64,000 nucleotides of DNA from a bacterium (GTDB lineage: Bacteria; SZUA-182; DTGQ01): contig JBFMGO010000007.1 in the NCBI GenBank assembly GCA_040752695.1, forward strand, positions 32,370 through 96,369, in the 5' to 3' direction. The translations under genes were made by a program, and so were the position numbers. The first letter of the stretch is position 1, and each line of letters begins with the position of its first letter. The notes under the pieces were generated by a model that worked only from the letters and a program-made list of their open reading frames with translations, was not told the origin of the DNA and did no database searches. Shown piece by piece: positions 19,395 to 29,685 of this stretch.

Positions 19395-21155
19395 TCATTT
19401 GTGGCCTTCTCCATCCATACCAGCACCGGCAGGTACCCCTGCATCTTTCCCTGCATCGTCACCGGTATCTGCATCCAGTTTCAGAATATCTCCCTGGCTC
19501 GATTCAGCCATGTCTACAAAAACCTTAACAATATCCGGATCCAACTGGGTTCCGGCCACTCTTTTGATTTCGGCCATAGCTTCCTGGTGAGAGCGACCCA
19601 GGCGGTAAGCACGGTTACTGGTGATGGCATCGTAGGTATCTCCGACGGCGATAATGCGTGCACTCAAGGGGATTTCCTTTCCCTTGAGACCATTGGGGTA
19701 CCCCCTGCCATCATATCTCTCCTGATGATACCGCACTCCGTCCAGGGATGCCTGAAATCCCTGGATAGGCTTCAGGATAATATAGCCGCGCTCCGGATGC
19801 TTTTTGATTTCATCATACTCCCCATCGCTCAGCTTCCCCGGCTTGGTAAGAATTTTTTCGGGGATGCCGATTTTGCCGATATCGTGGAGAATCGAAGCCC
19901 AGTTGAGATTCTCCCTGACGCTCTGAGGAAGGCCCATACGATCGGCAATCAGCATGGAAATATGATTCACTCGTTCCGAATGACCGCGCGTATAAATATC
20001 CTTGGCCTCTATGGCCGAAACAAGGCATTTGACTACGGTAACCAGAAAGGTTTTCAGGTTCTGGTAAAGCTCGGTATTGCTGAGAAGAATGGAAATGACT
20101 TCAGCCATGGACTGAAGCAGCCTTACATCACTGGCGGTAAATGCCCTTCGATGGCCGGAATTCGATGGCTGCTGCTGCCGTAATTCAATGTCTGCCGGCA
20201 GGAGGCATGGCTCAAGGGAAAAAAAAGCGCCAAGAGCTCCCTGACGAAGGCCGTTCATGGTAATGGGAACTGCGATGAGATTTAACGGGATGGAAGAACA
20301 GGACTTGAGTACTTCATTGTTATGCAATTGATCCCAGATAATGAACTCATCTCTCCTCGTTACCAAAGGATCGGCAAAGGCTTTCATCAGGCCTTCCCAC
20401 AGCTTCATCAGGCAGGTCCGCTTGCCTGCTTCATCCGACGTATGGCCGGGGATCCATTTTTCATAACGACCGCTTATGGCAAAAACCTCTTTACCGGGAA
20501 TGACGATAAAGCTGTGGTCAACCTCCAGGGTGTCACTGATTTTATCGATAATGAGCTGGATACTCCTGTCTGTTTCCTGGACCCCTTTCAGCCATCCTCC
20601 CACGTCGTAAAACAGGTTCAGCTCTTCATAGCGGCTGGCCAATTCCTCGGAAAGACTTATTATTTCCATTTGACTGCTGTACTCTTTGGCAATGAGATCG
20701 GCCAGGTCAAGATAAAACTTAAGATCCTCACTCTTCTCATCAAGGCCGAGGGCCTTGAGAGTATTTCGAGCTTTCGAAAGACCCTGACACGGATTGCCGG
20801 CCGCTGACGACGCAGTGGCGTCCTGATGCTCAAGGACGAGCAGGGTCCCCATGAAGGAATCCTCCCGTATGATCGGTATAGCGATCATATGCCGGCCATT
20901 GTCGATGGTCAGCCGGCGGATCTTCCCCCTGGTCAGTTCGCTGTGAAAAAGGTCCTGACAGCTTTGGTCGGAAATAAGATCCTCCTCCGGCTCCGGGCAG
21001 GAAAGAATAACCCTCCCCGCAGGGTCCCTCAATTCAAGGTTCCGATTGAGCATCCTGTAGCCACGCCTCAGCAGGTTGGATAAGGGACTCAGATCAAGAC
21101 GTGAAAATATTTCTTCGCATATAGGTAAGTTTTCCATGTATGTGCCATCCGGCAT
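19395..21155 (-). CDS. HD-GYP phosphodiesterase with N-terminal sensory (GAF-like) domains
   Basis: EAKDIYTRGHSERV, LHDIGKIG, HPERG, HQERYDGRGYP, D.YDAITSNRAYR, GTQLDP. Confidence 0.93.
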   Translation of the reverse strand: MPDGTYMENLPICEEIFSRLDLSPLSNLLRRGYRMLNRNLELRDPAGRVILSCPEPEEDLISDQSCQDLFHSELTRGKIRRLTIDNGRHMIAIPIIREDSFMGTLLVLEHQDATASSAAGNPCQGLSKARNTLKALGLDEKSEDLKFYLDLADLIAKEYSSQMEIISLSEELASRYEELNLFYDVGGWLKGVQETDRSIQLIIDKISDTLEVDHSFIVIPGKEVFAISGRYEKWIPGHTSDEAGKRTCLMKLWEGLMKAFADPLVTRRDEFIIWDQLHNNEVLKSCSSIPLNLIAVPITMNGLRQGALGAFFSLEPCLLPADIELRQQQPSNSGHRRAFTASDVRLLQSMAEVISILLSNTELYQNLKTFLVTVVKCLVSAIEAKDIYTRGHSERVNHISMLIADRMGLPQSVRENLNWASILHDIGKIGIPEKILTKPGKLSDGEYDEIKKHPERGYIILKPIQGFQASLDGVRYHQERYDGRGYPNGLKGKEIPLSARIIAVGDTYDAITSNRAYRLGRSHQEAMAEIKRVAGTQLDPDIVKVFVDMAESSQGDILKLDADTGDDAGKDAGVPAGAGMDGEGHK

Positions 21156-21159
21156 TCGC

Positions 21160-21192
21160 TCAGTTACAATTCAGTTACAATTCAGTTGCAAT
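21160..21192. repeat. 11-bp tandem repeat x3 at a gene junction
   Basis: TCAGTTACAAT TCAGTTACAAT TCAGTTGCAAT; one copy contains the receiver gene stop codon. Confidence 0.85.
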
Positions 21193-21583
21193 ACTGTCCG
21201 ATAATTCTTACTAACTCCTTGGGACTGAACGGCTTTTCAAGGAATACCGTTTTTTCCATCGAGTGGGCCCATTCACGATCATCCTTCTGGAGACTGGAGG
21301 TAATAACAATAGTGAGAAAATCTCTTTCCTTTTTTAAGGGAATTGTTCGGTAGCACAGTTCCTTGCCGCTCAGTTTGGGCATATTGACGTCGCTGATCAC
21401 CACGTCGGGTCTGAGGGATTCGATCTTCTCCAGTGCCTCCAGGCCGTTGGACGCCGTGATTACATCATAACCCGCATTAATTAACTTCAATTTCACCACC
21501 CGGATAACATACGGTTCATCGTCGGCAATCAATATCTTCTTTTTCCCAGCTCCCATGATAAACTCCTCTTTTGATCTGATCAC
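21182..21583 (-). CDS. Single-domain response regulator
   Basis: ILIADDE, ISDVNMP, KPF; start may be a downstream Met. Confidence 0.9.
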   Translation of the reverse strand: MIRSKEEFIMGAGKKKILIADDEPYVIRVVKLKLINAGYDVITASNGLEALEKIESLRPDVVISDVNMPKLSGKELCYRTIPLKKERDFLTIVITSSLQKDDREWAHSMEKTVFLEKPFSPKELVRIIGQYCN

Positions 21584-21593
21584 TTTTCCCTGT

Positions 21594-21646
21594 CTGCCGC
21601 CCTTTCCTTAAAGGGGACATCCGTCCCCCTTTAAGGAAGGGGGCAG
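21594..21646. repeat. GC-rich palindromic (REP-like) element
   Basis: TTCCTTAAAGGGGAC-ATCC-GTCCCCCTTTAAGGAA hairpin; related CCCC...GGGG palindromes near 9166, 10381, 11085, 19272 and 62380-62470. Confidence 0.65.
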
Positions 21647-21778
21647 GGATTTTACGCTGTTATGTTAGAGTGAAGTCAATTCCCACACCAGTATCGAGGC
21701 TCAACTGTCGCACCCTCAGAAGGGAGAAAATCCAATCCTTTTTCGGGTTGATAGAGAATACGATAAGAGAGAATGTTG

Positions 21779-23773
21779 TTAGATGTATACTTCCTCCTTG
21801 GGTAAAATGATCGTGAAAGAGCTGCCGACTCCCAAATTACTTTCTACCTTGATATCCCCCTTGTGCAATTGGACAATGTTCATGGCCAGAGATAATCCTA
21901 ACCCGGTTCCCGATTCCTTTCTGATCTCCTCTCTTTCGGATCTGAAAAACTTGCCGAAAATACGGCTGATTTCGTTTTCAGGAATGCCATGCCCTGAGTC
22001 GCTTACCCTGATCAGTACATGCTCTTCCTCAACGATTCCCTGCAGGATGACCTTGCCGGGAGCAGGGGTATATTTAATGGCGTTCGTGAGGAGATTCAGG
22101 ATCGCTACCTCGATGAGGTCCTTGTCTAAGAACAGATTGGGCATTTTATCTGCCACATCTATCGAAAAATTGATTCCTTTATTTATTGCCTGAGCCCGAA
22201 CGGTCTGATAACAATCTTTGAGCAGTTTATCCACCTTTATGAGTGTCCGGTCGATCTTCAGGCTCCCGGTCTCGATCTTTGATATATTGAGTAAGTTGTT
22301 GATCAATCGTGATAACCTGCTGGCTTCTTCGTTAATGCTGTTAAAGAATTCTCTCTTAGTCTGTTCATCGTCAACTTCGCCGTCGAGGAGCATTTCACTG
22401 TAAGAAAGAAGGGTATTTAAGGGGGTCTTTAACTCATGGGCCACATGGTTCACAAACTCGTGTCTTGCCGATTCCGATTGCTTTTGCGCAGTGATATCGG
22501 TAATGGTCCAGAGAAAACCCAGGGGCTTATCCTCTTCATTCAGAAGATAGGAGCACCCATGGCAGAGTATCAGCGGAGTTTCCCTCTCAGAATCATGTAC
22601 CTCCAAAAAATCATGAGCATAGATATTCTCTTTCCCGCAAAACATACTGAACATCTGCCCCAGGTCCGGATTCGCTTTACGGAGAAATTCTTTCCAGGGT
22701 TTTCCCAGAAAATTCTGTTTCTCTTCTTTTGCGTTGTCAGGTATCAGGAAATGACTGGCAAATTTGTTGGCCAAAATAGCTTTCCCCGTAGAATCGATCA
22801 CGATAAGACCTGCCTTAAGGTTATCGAGAATAGCCCTCAGCCGGCTCTTCTCATACAGCAGAATTTTATTCGATATTTCCAGCTCGGCATTGGACTCTTC
22901 CAGCTTCAGGTTCTTGTCCTGCTGCATAAACAGGAGCTTATTCACCCCTTCGACAAGCTGCCCGATCTCTCCGTTATAAGAGACTTCTATTCTGGGGAAT
23001 TCTCTTCGATGATTTCCGTTATCCGACCTAGCGGCAACAAGATCCTCCCTGACCATCTGCCTCAAGTGATAATTGATCCGGGATAAAGGAGAAAAAAACC
23101 TCTTTAATAAATAATAGAAGAGAAAGACCAGGCCAAAAATCGAAAGAGCAATACCTCCCGTCAGGTAGCTGACCTCTTTATCGAAGTGAAGGTAATTGGA
23201 CAACGCCAGACCGATTTTGACCAGGCCAGCCCTGCCTCCATCAACGTAAATCGGTTTCGAGAACTCATAAATGACCTCTCCGTTTTGATTTTCTATCCGT
23301 CTTTGCGTCAAAAGGTATTCCGGAGATTTTATCGGATCGGGCTCCTCGGCATTTTCACCGGGGTTATGGACTCCTTCTTCGGGAATCTGCCTTCCCAACT
23401 GGATCAGAGGAATCCCTTTATTATCTATAACCAGGCAATAGAGCAATTCTTTTTCTCTGACTACATAGTCCAGCACGTTGAGATTTCGAAAGTTTTCCTC
23501 AACCATGCGAGGGGTTCGGACCAGATCAGCGATAAGACTGCAAAGAGTAAAACCGTCCCGTATTAACTGCTTTTCTCCTATCTTCTTTTCATAGTGATAG
23601 AGTAAAAAAAGTATCAAACAGATAGCTATGGCAGCAACGGTGATGGTCAGCAGACCAAACTGATTGATACTTCTGGAGTTAAGCTGGCATTCATCTGCCG
23701 CTTTCCGAGAGTCGGCAGAATCCTGAGATTCAACAGAAAGTTCACACTTTTTCTGTCTTTTCATTACGGCCAT
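21779..23773 (-). CDS. Membrane histidine kinase (2 TM, HAMP, PAS, HisKA, HATPase)
   Basis: AHELKTPL, NLLTNAIKY, DSGHGI, GTGLGL. Confidence 0.93.
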   Translation of the reverse strand: MAVMKRQKKCELSVESQDSADSRKAADECQLNSRSINQFGLLTITVAAIAICLILFLLYHYEKKIGEKQLIRDGFTLCSLIADLVRTPRMVEENFRNLNVLDYVVREKELLYCLVIDNKGIPLIQLGRQIPEEGVHNPGENAEEPDPIKSPEYLLTQRRIENQNGEVIYEFSKPIYVDGGRAGLVKIGLALSNYLHFDKEVSYLTGGIALSIFGLVFLFYYLLKRFFSPLSRINYHLRQMVREDLVAARSDNGNHRREFPRIEVSYNGEIGQLVEGVNKLLFMQQDKNLKLEESNAELEISNKILLYEKSRLRAILDNLKAGLIVIDSTGKAILANKFASHFLIPDNAKEEKQNFLGKPWKEFLRKANPDLGQMFSMFCGKENIYAHDFLEVHDSERETPLILCHGCSYLLNEEDKPLGFLWTITDITAQKQSESARHEFVNHVAHELKTPLNTLLSYSEMLLDGEVDDEQTKREFFNSINEEASRLSRLINNLLNISKIETGSLKIDRTLIKVDKLLKDCYQTVRAQAINKGINFSIDVADKMPNLFLDKDLIEVAILNLLTNAIKYTPAPGKVILQGIVEEEHVLIRVSDSGHGIPENEISRIFGKFFRSEREEIRKESGTGLGLSLAMNIVQLHKGDIKVESNLGVGSSFTIILPKEEVYI

Positions 23774-24143
23774 GATTGTCGAATATCACCATTCTCTCTG
23801 TGTAAGCTGTGCGTACTTTCAGTTGTACGCTCTCTCCTGTGTAAGCTTGCCGGTAAGCTCTCTACTCGCTCTGTGCAAGTTATATCTTGTTGAAATAATA
23901 ATCCTTTGAGACGCATGAGCATTCTGCTTGTCTTTTGTTTTTTTTATCGGTGAAATGATCCTAAAGTATCGGGATGCTGGCTTCACCGCTCATGACAGGT
24001 ATGGCACGTAACGACGGATTTTTTGTAAGGGGAGGGAAAATTCAAGATGTGACAGACTTGCAGGATCTCAATTGTTCTGTAAAAAAGAGGGCGCCCGCTC
24101 AACAAGGTAAAGGGGTACCCTCCATGATGGGAGAACAGGTTCC

Positions 24144-25193
24144 CTAAGGGATGTTTACACTGGCTCTTTCAGTTTCTTGTGAAAAGACTTCTTCCTGACC
24201 GGTGGACTGATGAGCTTGATGGTCGTTGATTTTCTCAATCGCCTTTTTCACCGAATTTATGACCAATTCGTCATGCTCTGTCTCCAGGCACTTTTTCAGG
24301 GCCGGAAGAGCCGAGGCATCTTTGATATTCCCCAAAGCCATGGCAGCCCTCCATCGAATGCCGGGAATGCCATCGGTCAATGCATTGATCAGGGCAGGAG
24401 TTGCCCTGCTGTCACCGATTTTGGCCAGTGATAGAATGGCCTCCTGCTGGTTATTCTTATTCGTGCAAATGGAACAGCCTAACAGGCTCACGAGGGCTGG
24501 CACGGTTTCCTGATCATAAACGCGGCCCAGGGCATTGATTGCCTCCCATTGTATCCACGATGAATGATTCGTCAGGCCATGTTTGAGAACGGGGATGGCC
24601 TCCGGGCGATAGAAAGAGCTCAGCGCCACCGCTGCATTCCATCTGATTCTTTCATCCTGGCCTTTCAGGGCATCGATCAGGGGCGGAAGGATCATTTCCT
24701 GCGGCATGGTGCCAAGAGCCCAAATGGATCGCCAACGAACATGATGATCGGTTGATCGCAGGGATTGCTCCACAAGATAAGGAGATGCCTTGGCATCCGC
24801 GATACAACCCATTATGTTTACCGCTTCCCAGCAGGGGATGAAGTCACTGGTGCTTTTCAGAAGATCGGCCAGGGCCGGAATAGCCGCACTCCCTGCTTTA
24901 ATCAGAGACTCCCTGGCCTGGTCCCTGACAGCCTTATTTTCATTTCTGAGGAGTTGGACCCAGGATTGGATTTCGTCTGATGCCTTTTGGTTAATCTCTG
25001 AAATTTCTTCCTGATTGATCTGTGGGACCTCTCCCTGGTTGGCATCGAGAGCTTTTATCCGGGTGACGGCCTCCGGGATTTTGGATGTGTCTGGACGACT
25101 GCTTTGGCTGCTCACGTGGGCACAACCATTCATCAGAATAAGAAATGAAATAATGCCACTATTTAAAAGTAATATGATTTTTCCCTTAGTCAT
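24144..25193 (-). CDS. HEAT/PBS-lyase repeat lipoprotein
   Basis: Lipobox-like LMNGC; repeats VRWRSIWALG, IRWNAAVAL, IRWRAAMALG. Confidence 0.85.
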   Translation of the reverse strand: MTKGKIILLLNSGIISFLILMNGCAHVSSQSSRPDTSKIPEAVTRIKALDANQGEVPQINQEEISEINQKASDEIQSWVQLLRNENKAVRDQARESLIKAGSAAIPALADLLKSTSDFIPCWEAVNIMGCIADAKASPYLVEQSLRSTDHHVRWRSIWALGTMPQEMILPPLIDALKGQDERIRWNAAVALSSFYRPEAIPVLKHGLTNHSSWIQWEAINALGRVYDQETVPALVSLLGCSICTNKNNQQEAILSLAKIGDSRATPALINALTDGIPGIRWRAAMALGNIKDASALPALKKCLETEHDELVINSVKKAIEKINDHQAHQSTGQEEVFSQETERASVNIP

Positions 25194-25279
25194 GGCTTTT
25201 TCCTCTCATTTCTGCAAGGTCAGGAATGAACAAAACACCCTCGGCGTTTGCTCCGTTGTTGTATACCTTGAAAAATGAA

Positions 25280-25330
25280 GCGAGGGTTAATCAGTACGGG
25301 ATTCCTCCCGGTCATTTGATTAACCCTCGC
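25280..25330. terminator. Stem-loop downstream of the secreted-protein gene (probable terminator or stabiliser)
   Basis: 14-bp perfect IR GCGAGGGTTAATCA/TGATTAACCCTCGC with inner CGGGA...TCCCG. Confidence 0.6.
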
Positions 25331-25382
25331 GGGGGTTTTTAATTCACCTCATCTATCTTTACATTATCTGATCTTCCCTTTC

Positions 25383-26522
25383 TTACTGACGGAAAGGAAG
25401 CCGAGTCTGATTCTGTGTTCTCCACCACGGAGGACGAATCGGATCGAAGGGTTTTTCATCCATCTTGGTCTCGATCGCCTCGACTTCATTGTCAATTTCA
25501 TTCACGGTAGTCTGGGTATCAGTTACCCTGGGCTGCATATCGGTAGTCTGGGCACTGATTGAATTGACGGTGTTTTGTAACGTAGTCAGTGCAGCACTGA
25601 TGTTGTTTATCGACGTTGTCAGGAGGTCCAGCTTGGCTTCGAGCGCTTCAAGGGTAACTGGCGGAGGAACAGCTTGCTGGGTGCAGTAGATCTCTCTGGT
25701 TAACAATGTTGGGTAGATGGCGGTGCCGTATGCATATTCTGCGGTCATGGTAGAGGCCAGAACTTTTCCGGAGCCGAGGGGATAAAGGATCATCGTGGGA
25801 TCACCGCTCATTCCATCGGTCAATATGGTTGTAGTGCCGGTGGGCAACTGTGCTGCATCGAAATATCCATGAGCGGAGTATTGCCAATTCTGGAAGGCGG
25901 AAGCGGGCTGTGCCGGCGATGTCGCTATTATACAGTTATTGGGAGCGCTTATGAGGATGCTGTTTGTTCCACCTTGCAGCACTCCGTAAGGAGTATAACC
26001 AGCATTAAACCCTCCTGAGGTATAAGGCAGAATCTGTCTGCCATCTATTACACCATTGTTGGGTCCTTCGACTAAATGGACGATGGCGAATACGCCTCCC
26101 TGAACAGCTAACTGCAGGTTGGTAATATTGGCGGTAACATTTGCATAAAAGGTATTATCCTGGTCCCCCGGGATAATGATAATTTTATATGCCTGCAATT
26201 GAGCTTTCGTCATGGTTCTAAATGTTATGGAATTTACCCGATCGTATATTTTGGCAAGCCCGTTTAATGCCTGTTCAACAGCGCCAAGGACCGGAATGGC
26301 GGCACAATTCGGAGAATATTGCCAGGGAAGGACATCTTCGACTAAAAGCACTTCCGGTCCTACGCTGGTTATCTCCTGCACAGGATTAGTAGTACAAGCC
26401 GGTGGTATCGGGATGGTGGAATTGGGCGCCGACCATGCCATCTTCGCCTGAAGCCCCAACATTGCTGTTAAAGCTACTGCTATGCATACAACCAGAGAAA
26501 GTTTTTTCAAATACCTTTCCAT
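25383..26522 (-). CDS. Secreted protein of unknown function with C-terminal coiled coil
   Basis: Signal peptide from MERYLKK (AAGGAGG RBS); globular alpha/beta region; heptad tail LEALEAKLDLLTTSINNISAAL... Confidence 0.75.
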   Translation of the reverse strand: MERYLKKLSLVVCIAVALTAMLGLQAKMAWSAPNSTIPIPPACTTNPVQEITSVGPEVLLVEDVLPWQYSPNCAAIPVLGAVEQALNGLAKIYDRVNSITFRTMTKAQLQAYKIIIIPGDQDNTFYANVTANITNLQLAVQGGVFAIVHLVEGPNNGVIDGRQILPYTSGGFNAGYTPYGVLQGGTNSILISAPNNCIIATSPAQPASAFQNWQYSAHGYFDAAQLPTGTTTILTDGMSGDPTMILYPLGSGKVLASTMTAEYAYGTAIYPTLLTREIYCTQQAVPPPVTLEALEAKLDLLTTSINNISAALTTLQNTVNSISAQTTDMQPRVTDTQTTVNEIDNEVEAIETKMDEKPFDPIRPPWWRTQNQTRLPFRQ

Positions 26523-27506
26523 TTTTGAAAGCCTCCTTCTTTCCTCACATTTACCGGTTATCGTTTTACCTTCATTTCTCACGAGAATACTGCTCTACTT
26601 CCTGCTCATCTACGAACCTGCCTGCCTGCTTTTCCTATCTTTCCCTCCTTCACCTGCTTTTCTCTCACTCCCATTATCCTTTACTCAAAACAAATCCATC
26701 CACTCACCTCCTTTTTCCCGCCTGTTTAGCAGGGGGATCTTATTATGATTAATTGACTGCACCGGCAGATTTCTCCCTTTTTTTAAGCAGTTTTTGGTGA
26801 TCTGCCTTTCGGATTAATGGCCTTCTTCTACACCAGGCAAAACTACACTGCCATGCCAGGCAAAACTTCCATTTCTCCATCAGTTAAAACTACGTCAGGA
26901 GATGGAGACGCAAGAGATGTACATCTGTGGCTGATCGGGCTCGATCCTGGTCCTGATCGAGTTTCGATGATGCAAATGATTCCAATTTAGAGTCGCTTGC
27001 GCAGGGAGCGAACAATTTTCCGTCTGAACAGCTACACCTGTGCACTGCTGGATAAAGAAACGGAGATTCATGCGAGTAATAATTGGATAAATATTGACTC
27101 ATTTTGCACCTTTTTTACTGTTTGCTGAGATTCTTATTTACTATCCTATATCGATCAATCAGAATAAAATTACTACAATAATTATCTTTATTAATGAATT
27201 TTAACCGCATGCCTAAGTTAAGTTGCATATATTTTTTGTAATGGTATATCGGAATAGCCCTGCTTTAGGTACTACCGTTATGTTAATTCATATGCGTAAA
27301 TAAGTAATAATTAGTAATTTATTGAATATTGGATTGATCTGCTGGAGGGCCGCCTGCGTATCTTTCGAGTAAAGGGGGGATTGCTTTATGGAATATCAAG
27401 AACGTTTTTTATTGGAGGGAATAAAGATGTGACCGATAAACAAACACTGTTCAGCTATCGACTAAAGCAATTTGAAGGGGAAGAATCTACCCTTATCGGC
27501 ATGGCT

Positions 27507-29543
27507 TCACCGAGCTGTCTCCCCCGCCCTGGTGATGTCCCAGACTAAGGAAGGAGAAGCGTGTCTGATTCCCCGTATGGGTGAATAATTCATCCGGTCG
27601 AGGAAGAGCTCCCAGACCCTTTCGGAATCCCTCTGCCGGAGCATCCGGTAAATCCATCCACCTTGTTCTGGTCCGCCTTGTTCTGGCGGCCCTTGCCTTT
27701 GGCCCAGGTCTTCTGGCCGCTTTTGTCTTTGCTTTACCCTCTGTATCCGGTAAAAGGCTGGCGGAGTGTCAGACGCGGACCATCCGGACAAAAGGCAAAG
27801 CCCAAGCTCCCGCGGAGAAAGCGGGCGTGAGGAAGCGATAATGGACTCACCCGGCAGCAGGGGGAAATCCACCCCAGGCATACCTGAAACTGCCGCCGGA
27901 GGAGGAATCTGTGCAATCAGGGCTTGCAGAAACTCTGAGAGCTTCATCTCCCCTTTTGTTCTCTCCATCACTCCTGGTTTTCCCACTTCCCTCCCTTTCT
28001 CCTTCTCTTTCTTTCCTCCTTCCTCATCAATGAGTGATTTGATAAAATTCAAGACCCTGATCAGGCGAAAGAGGGTGACAAGGTCCAGGCGGCTGAAGCA
28101 GTCCGTTTCGATGGGAAAGGCCGAAGAGCGTAAGATACTGAAGCCGCCATCAGCCGGCAGCCAGCCGTTTTCCCGGCATTCGCAGTACATGTCCATGCCG
28201 GGGGTGGCGTAGAAAATACTGGGTGCGATCAGCACTCTTTGTCCTGCCAAAAAGCGGATGGATTCAACCATTTCCTCAAGATCGGAGCCTGGCAGGCCCA
28301 GGATCAGGTAGCCGGTGATGAAAAAGCCGCTCTCTCCTCTCTTCCCCTCTCCTCTCTTACACCCTGCTTCATGAATCCCGGCATCACGTATCCCTGCCGC
28401 ATCGGCATCCGCCGCTTCATTGGCCGCCTCTTCGCTGGCTGCCGCCTCATCCATGCCGGCCTCACTGACCGTGCGGCTGAAGGAGGCAGGTGATCCTGGC
28501 CGGTTCAACTTTTTCAGGATTCTTTTTGAGGATGTGACCAGAGGGAGGTTCAGATGGCGGCAGCCGAGCCTGTTAAGCCTGTCCAGAATTTCGCGGTCAA
28601 GGCAGTGGGGGAAAAGGCCGTTTTCGAAGAGCAGGCGAAAGGTTTCATCCTGGCCGAATTCCGACTCGATGGCGTCAAGCAGCCGCAAGGTTCGCTCTTT
28701 TTGCCAGGTAAAGTGCTCATCTTCGAAGTCGAAAATCCTGATCTGATACTGGTCGTAGCACAGCCGCATCTCGGCCAGAATGCTTTCGATGGAGCGATGG
28801 CGCACGCTGTTGCCCATAACCGCATGTCCTGCGCAGAACCTGCACTGGAAGGGGCAGCCCCGGCTAGAGAGCATCATGGTGTATCGGCTGCCCTGAAAGC
28901 GGTATCGGTCAGGGTCCAAAAGTGAGCGGTCAGGGACGGGCAGGTCGTCCAGAGCAGGTAACAGCCCTTTGGGAGGGGAGAGCCTGATGAGCCCATGTCT
29001 CCGCAAAGCCAGCCCGTCGATGGATTCAATCGCTCTCCGGCCGCAGATGGCTTCAGCCAGAGCTACGAGCCTGGTTTCTCCCTCACCGCAGATGACATAG
29101 TCTAAAGCGGGATCCTCCATCAGGTGCAAGGCTGCGACTGTAGCGTGATTTCCCCCAAGGACGGTGAGTTTCCCCATCCCCTTGGCTATCCGGGCAACCC
29201 CAAGGGCTTCTTCCTCATAGGGCGTAAACAGTGAGCTGATTCCCACAAGGTCAGCATCACGGAGCTTTTCGCGGATCTTTTCATCGCTGAGGCCGAAATG
29301 GTGAAAGCGGCCAAAGAGCCGGAAAGGACTTTTATCTTCGTCCGGGTAATATTCTCTCAGGTAATTCATTGCCGGCGGAATCGGCAGCACCGTTTTTTGC
29401 TCCGGCCCGAAGGCGTCCAGAACCTGGCAGGCAAAGCCTGCCCTCTTCAGGGATGCTGCCAGATACAAAAGCCCCAGCGGGTACATCCTGTGACCGGTAT
29501 GATAAAAATCTCGGACAGGCGGCTGAACAAGGAGGATCTTCAT
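27507..29543 (-). CDS. B12-binding domain radical SAM protein
   Basis: MKILLVQPP, YPLGLLYLAASL, VLGGNHAT, GEGE, SRGCPFQCRFC; low-complexity insertions. Confidence 0.9.
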   Translation of the reverse strand: MKILLVQPPVRDFYHTGHRMYPLGLLYLAASLKRAGFACQVLDAFGPEQKTVLPIPPAMNYLREYYPDEDKSPFRLFGRFHHFGLSDEKIREKLRDADLVGISSLFTPYEEEALGVARIAKGMGKLTVLGGNHATVAALHLMEDPALDYVICGEGETRLVALAEAICGRRAIESIDGLALRRHGLIRLSPPKGLLPALDDLPVPDRSLLDPDRYRFQGSRYTMMLSSRGCPFQCRFCAGHAVMGNSVRHRSIESILAEMRLCYDQYQIRIFDFEDEHFTWQKERTLRLLDAIESEFGQDETFRLLFENGLFPHCLDREILDRLNRLGCRHLNLPLVTSSKRILKKLNRPGSPASFSRTVSEAGMDEAAASEEAANEAADADAAGIRDAGIHEAGCKRGEGKRGESGFFITGYLILGLPGSDLEEMVESIRFLAGQRVLIAPSIFYATPGMDMYCECRENGWLPADGGFSILRSSAFPIETDCFSRLDLVTLFRLIRVLNFIKSLIDEEGGKKEKEKGREVGKPGVMERTKGEMKLSEFLQALIAQIPPPAAVSGMPGVDFPLLPGESIIASSRPLSPRELGLCLLSGWSASDTPPAFYRIQRVKQRQKRPEDLGQRQGPPEQGGPEQGGWIYRMLRQRDSERVWELFLDRMNYSPIRGIRHASPSLVWDITRAGETAR

Positions 29544-29574
29544 GGGTACCTATTGTACCTCTCCTGCCGGCAAT

Positions 29575-29685
29575 CTGCAACAGTCAGGAAACTGCAACAG
29601 CCGGAAATTGCAGCAGACAGCAAACTGCATCAGCCATTACTTTGAGGCAGCCGTTTTTACGGCAATAACCAGGAAACTGCACCCG
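29575..29685. repeat. Degenerate ~16-17-bp repeats in a divergent intergenic region
   Basis: TGCAACAGTCAGGAAAC, TGCAACAGCCGGAAAT, TGCAGCAGACAGCAAAC, CAGGAAACTGCA. Confidence 0.55.

Noticed and set aside
26890..27102. 70-aa ORF in the long intergenic region
   Set aside because: No recognisable features; coding status cannot be supported from sequence alone.
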